Positions 62,720 through 64,000 of a DNA stretch of 64,000 nucleotides are shown here, piece by piece; the stretch's first letter is position 1, and each line of letters starts with the position of its first letter. Below the pieces are notes generated by a model that worked only from the letters and a program-made list of their open reading frames with translations, did no database searches and was not told the DNA's origin. Made by a program: the position numbers and the translations under genes. Source of the stretch: Octopus bimaculoides (lineage: Eukaryota); contig NC_068982.1 in assembly GCF_001194135.2 (NCBI RefSeq), forward strand, positions 92,705,034 through 92,769,033, written 5' to 3'.

Positions 62720-64000
62720 TGTGTTTTTTGCAAATGGCTAAGTTATGGGAAGGTAAACACAGCAACATCGGTAGTCAAGTGTTGGCCAGAGGACCTGAGG
62801 AGAGGTGTGAGGCTGGAGTTGGTTTTGCAGTGAAAAGTGCGCTTGTGAGCAAACTGGCTGGGCCCCCAAAAGGATTGAACGACGGACTAATGACACTGAG
62901 ACTCCCTCTCTCCAATGGGAAGAAGTTTGCCACCCTTGTCAGTGCCTACACCCCTACCATGATAAACCCCAATGAGGTCAAAGATAAGTCCTATGAAGAC
63001 TTGAACACCGTCATAAGTGCAACACTAAATTCAGACAAGCTCATCATCCTTGGTGACTTTAACGCAAGAGTAGGCTGTGACAGTGCCACCTGGGAAGGTG
63101 TGATAGGAAAGCATGGTGTTGGAAAATGCAATACTAATGGCCTTCTCCTCCTCCGAACCTGCTCTGAGCATGACCTGCTGATAACAAACACTGTATTTCG
63201 CCTCCCTATCCACAACAGGACGTCATAGATGCATCCTCGCTCAAAGCACTGGCATCTAATTGACTATGTCATCATCAGGAAAAGGGACAGGTGGGACATG
63301 CGTATCACTAGGGCCATGTGTGGAGCCGAGTGCTGGACAGACCACCGCCTCATAGTTGCTAAGCTCAATCTGCATATCCGACCAAAGAGAAGACCCCAAG
63401 GAAAGAAAACACCAAAACGACTGAATGTCAACAAGCTGAAAACAGAAACTGTCCAAAAATCTTTCTCTGAAACTCTGGCAGAACGCCTTGAACCTATTGC
63501 GATAGGCAGTCAAGATGTGGAAGCAGCATGGGAAGCAATCTGCGAGACCGTATACAACACAGCTATGGAGTGCCTTGGGCCAATCTCCAGGAAACACAAA
63601 GACTGGTTTGATGAGAACTGCACTGAGATTACTCAGTTGCTAGAAGAAAAGCGTTCTGCGTACAAAGCCCATATTGAAGATCCATCCTCCAAACCAAAGA
63701 AGGACATATGGAAAAGTTTGTGTAGCAACATTCAGATGAAGCTCAGACAGATGCATGATTCCTGGCTAAGCAAGAAAGCAGAAGAGATTCAAGGCTGTGC
63801 AGATAGGAACGACATGAAGATCTTTTATGATGGTCTTAAGGAAATTTATGGTCTAACCTCATCTGCGTCATCACCTCTCCTCGGTGCGGACGGACCCACT
63901 TTCCTCACCGACAAAGACATGGTCCTGGGAAGGTGGGCAGAGCATTTTAATTTAAAAGTGTACTAAACCGTCCCTCTACCATCAATGATGAGGCCATTGA
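62720..64000 (+). mobile_element. RTE-BovB-like LINE: APE endonuclease and linker (continues beyond the window)
   Basis: GVGFAVKS...LMTLRL...SAYTPT...LIILGDFNARVG...NGLLLL...TNTVF...TS*MHPRSKHWHLIDYV...TDH. One TGG>TAG nonsense change at 63226. Confidence 0.93.

Noticed and set aside
16779-63228. Long ORFs in the track dominated by X (e.g. 16779-17957, 22547-23710, 45378-46223, 61840-63228)
   Set aside because: Artefacts of N gaps containing no stop codons.

Overview
AT-rich, repeat-dense animal DNA with many sized N gaps. The tRNA-derived SINE families, TTAGGG repeats and repeat mix point to an octopus (cephalopod) short-read assembly; that is inferred from pattern recognition, not a search. 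Host genes: (1) the large first coding exon of a WEE1 kinase gene on the minus strand (5065-4254), whose kinase exons lie left of the window; (2) exons 1-2 of an OSTM1 orthologue on the plus strand (58180-58563, 61409-61526); (3) several unassigned minus-strand exon candidates, one resembling a death domain. The rest is transposon debris: Tx1/L1, R4/Dong, CRE, RTE and CR1/L2 LINEs, two Penelope-like GIY-YIG fragments, Helitron PIF1 ends, a mariner end, Gypsy RNase H, many SINEs and microsatellites. Two observations stand out. (a) A locally abundant MITE family has GG...CC TIRs and 8-bp TSDs (Merlin-like) and carries a central inverted telomeric palindrome, (CCCTAA)n-(TTAGGG)n. (b) A Naiad-type Penelope endonuclease is followed by a minimal hammerhead ribozyme whose stem II also has SECIS-like geometry. 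No searches or folding programs were run; all family calls come from recognised motifs.
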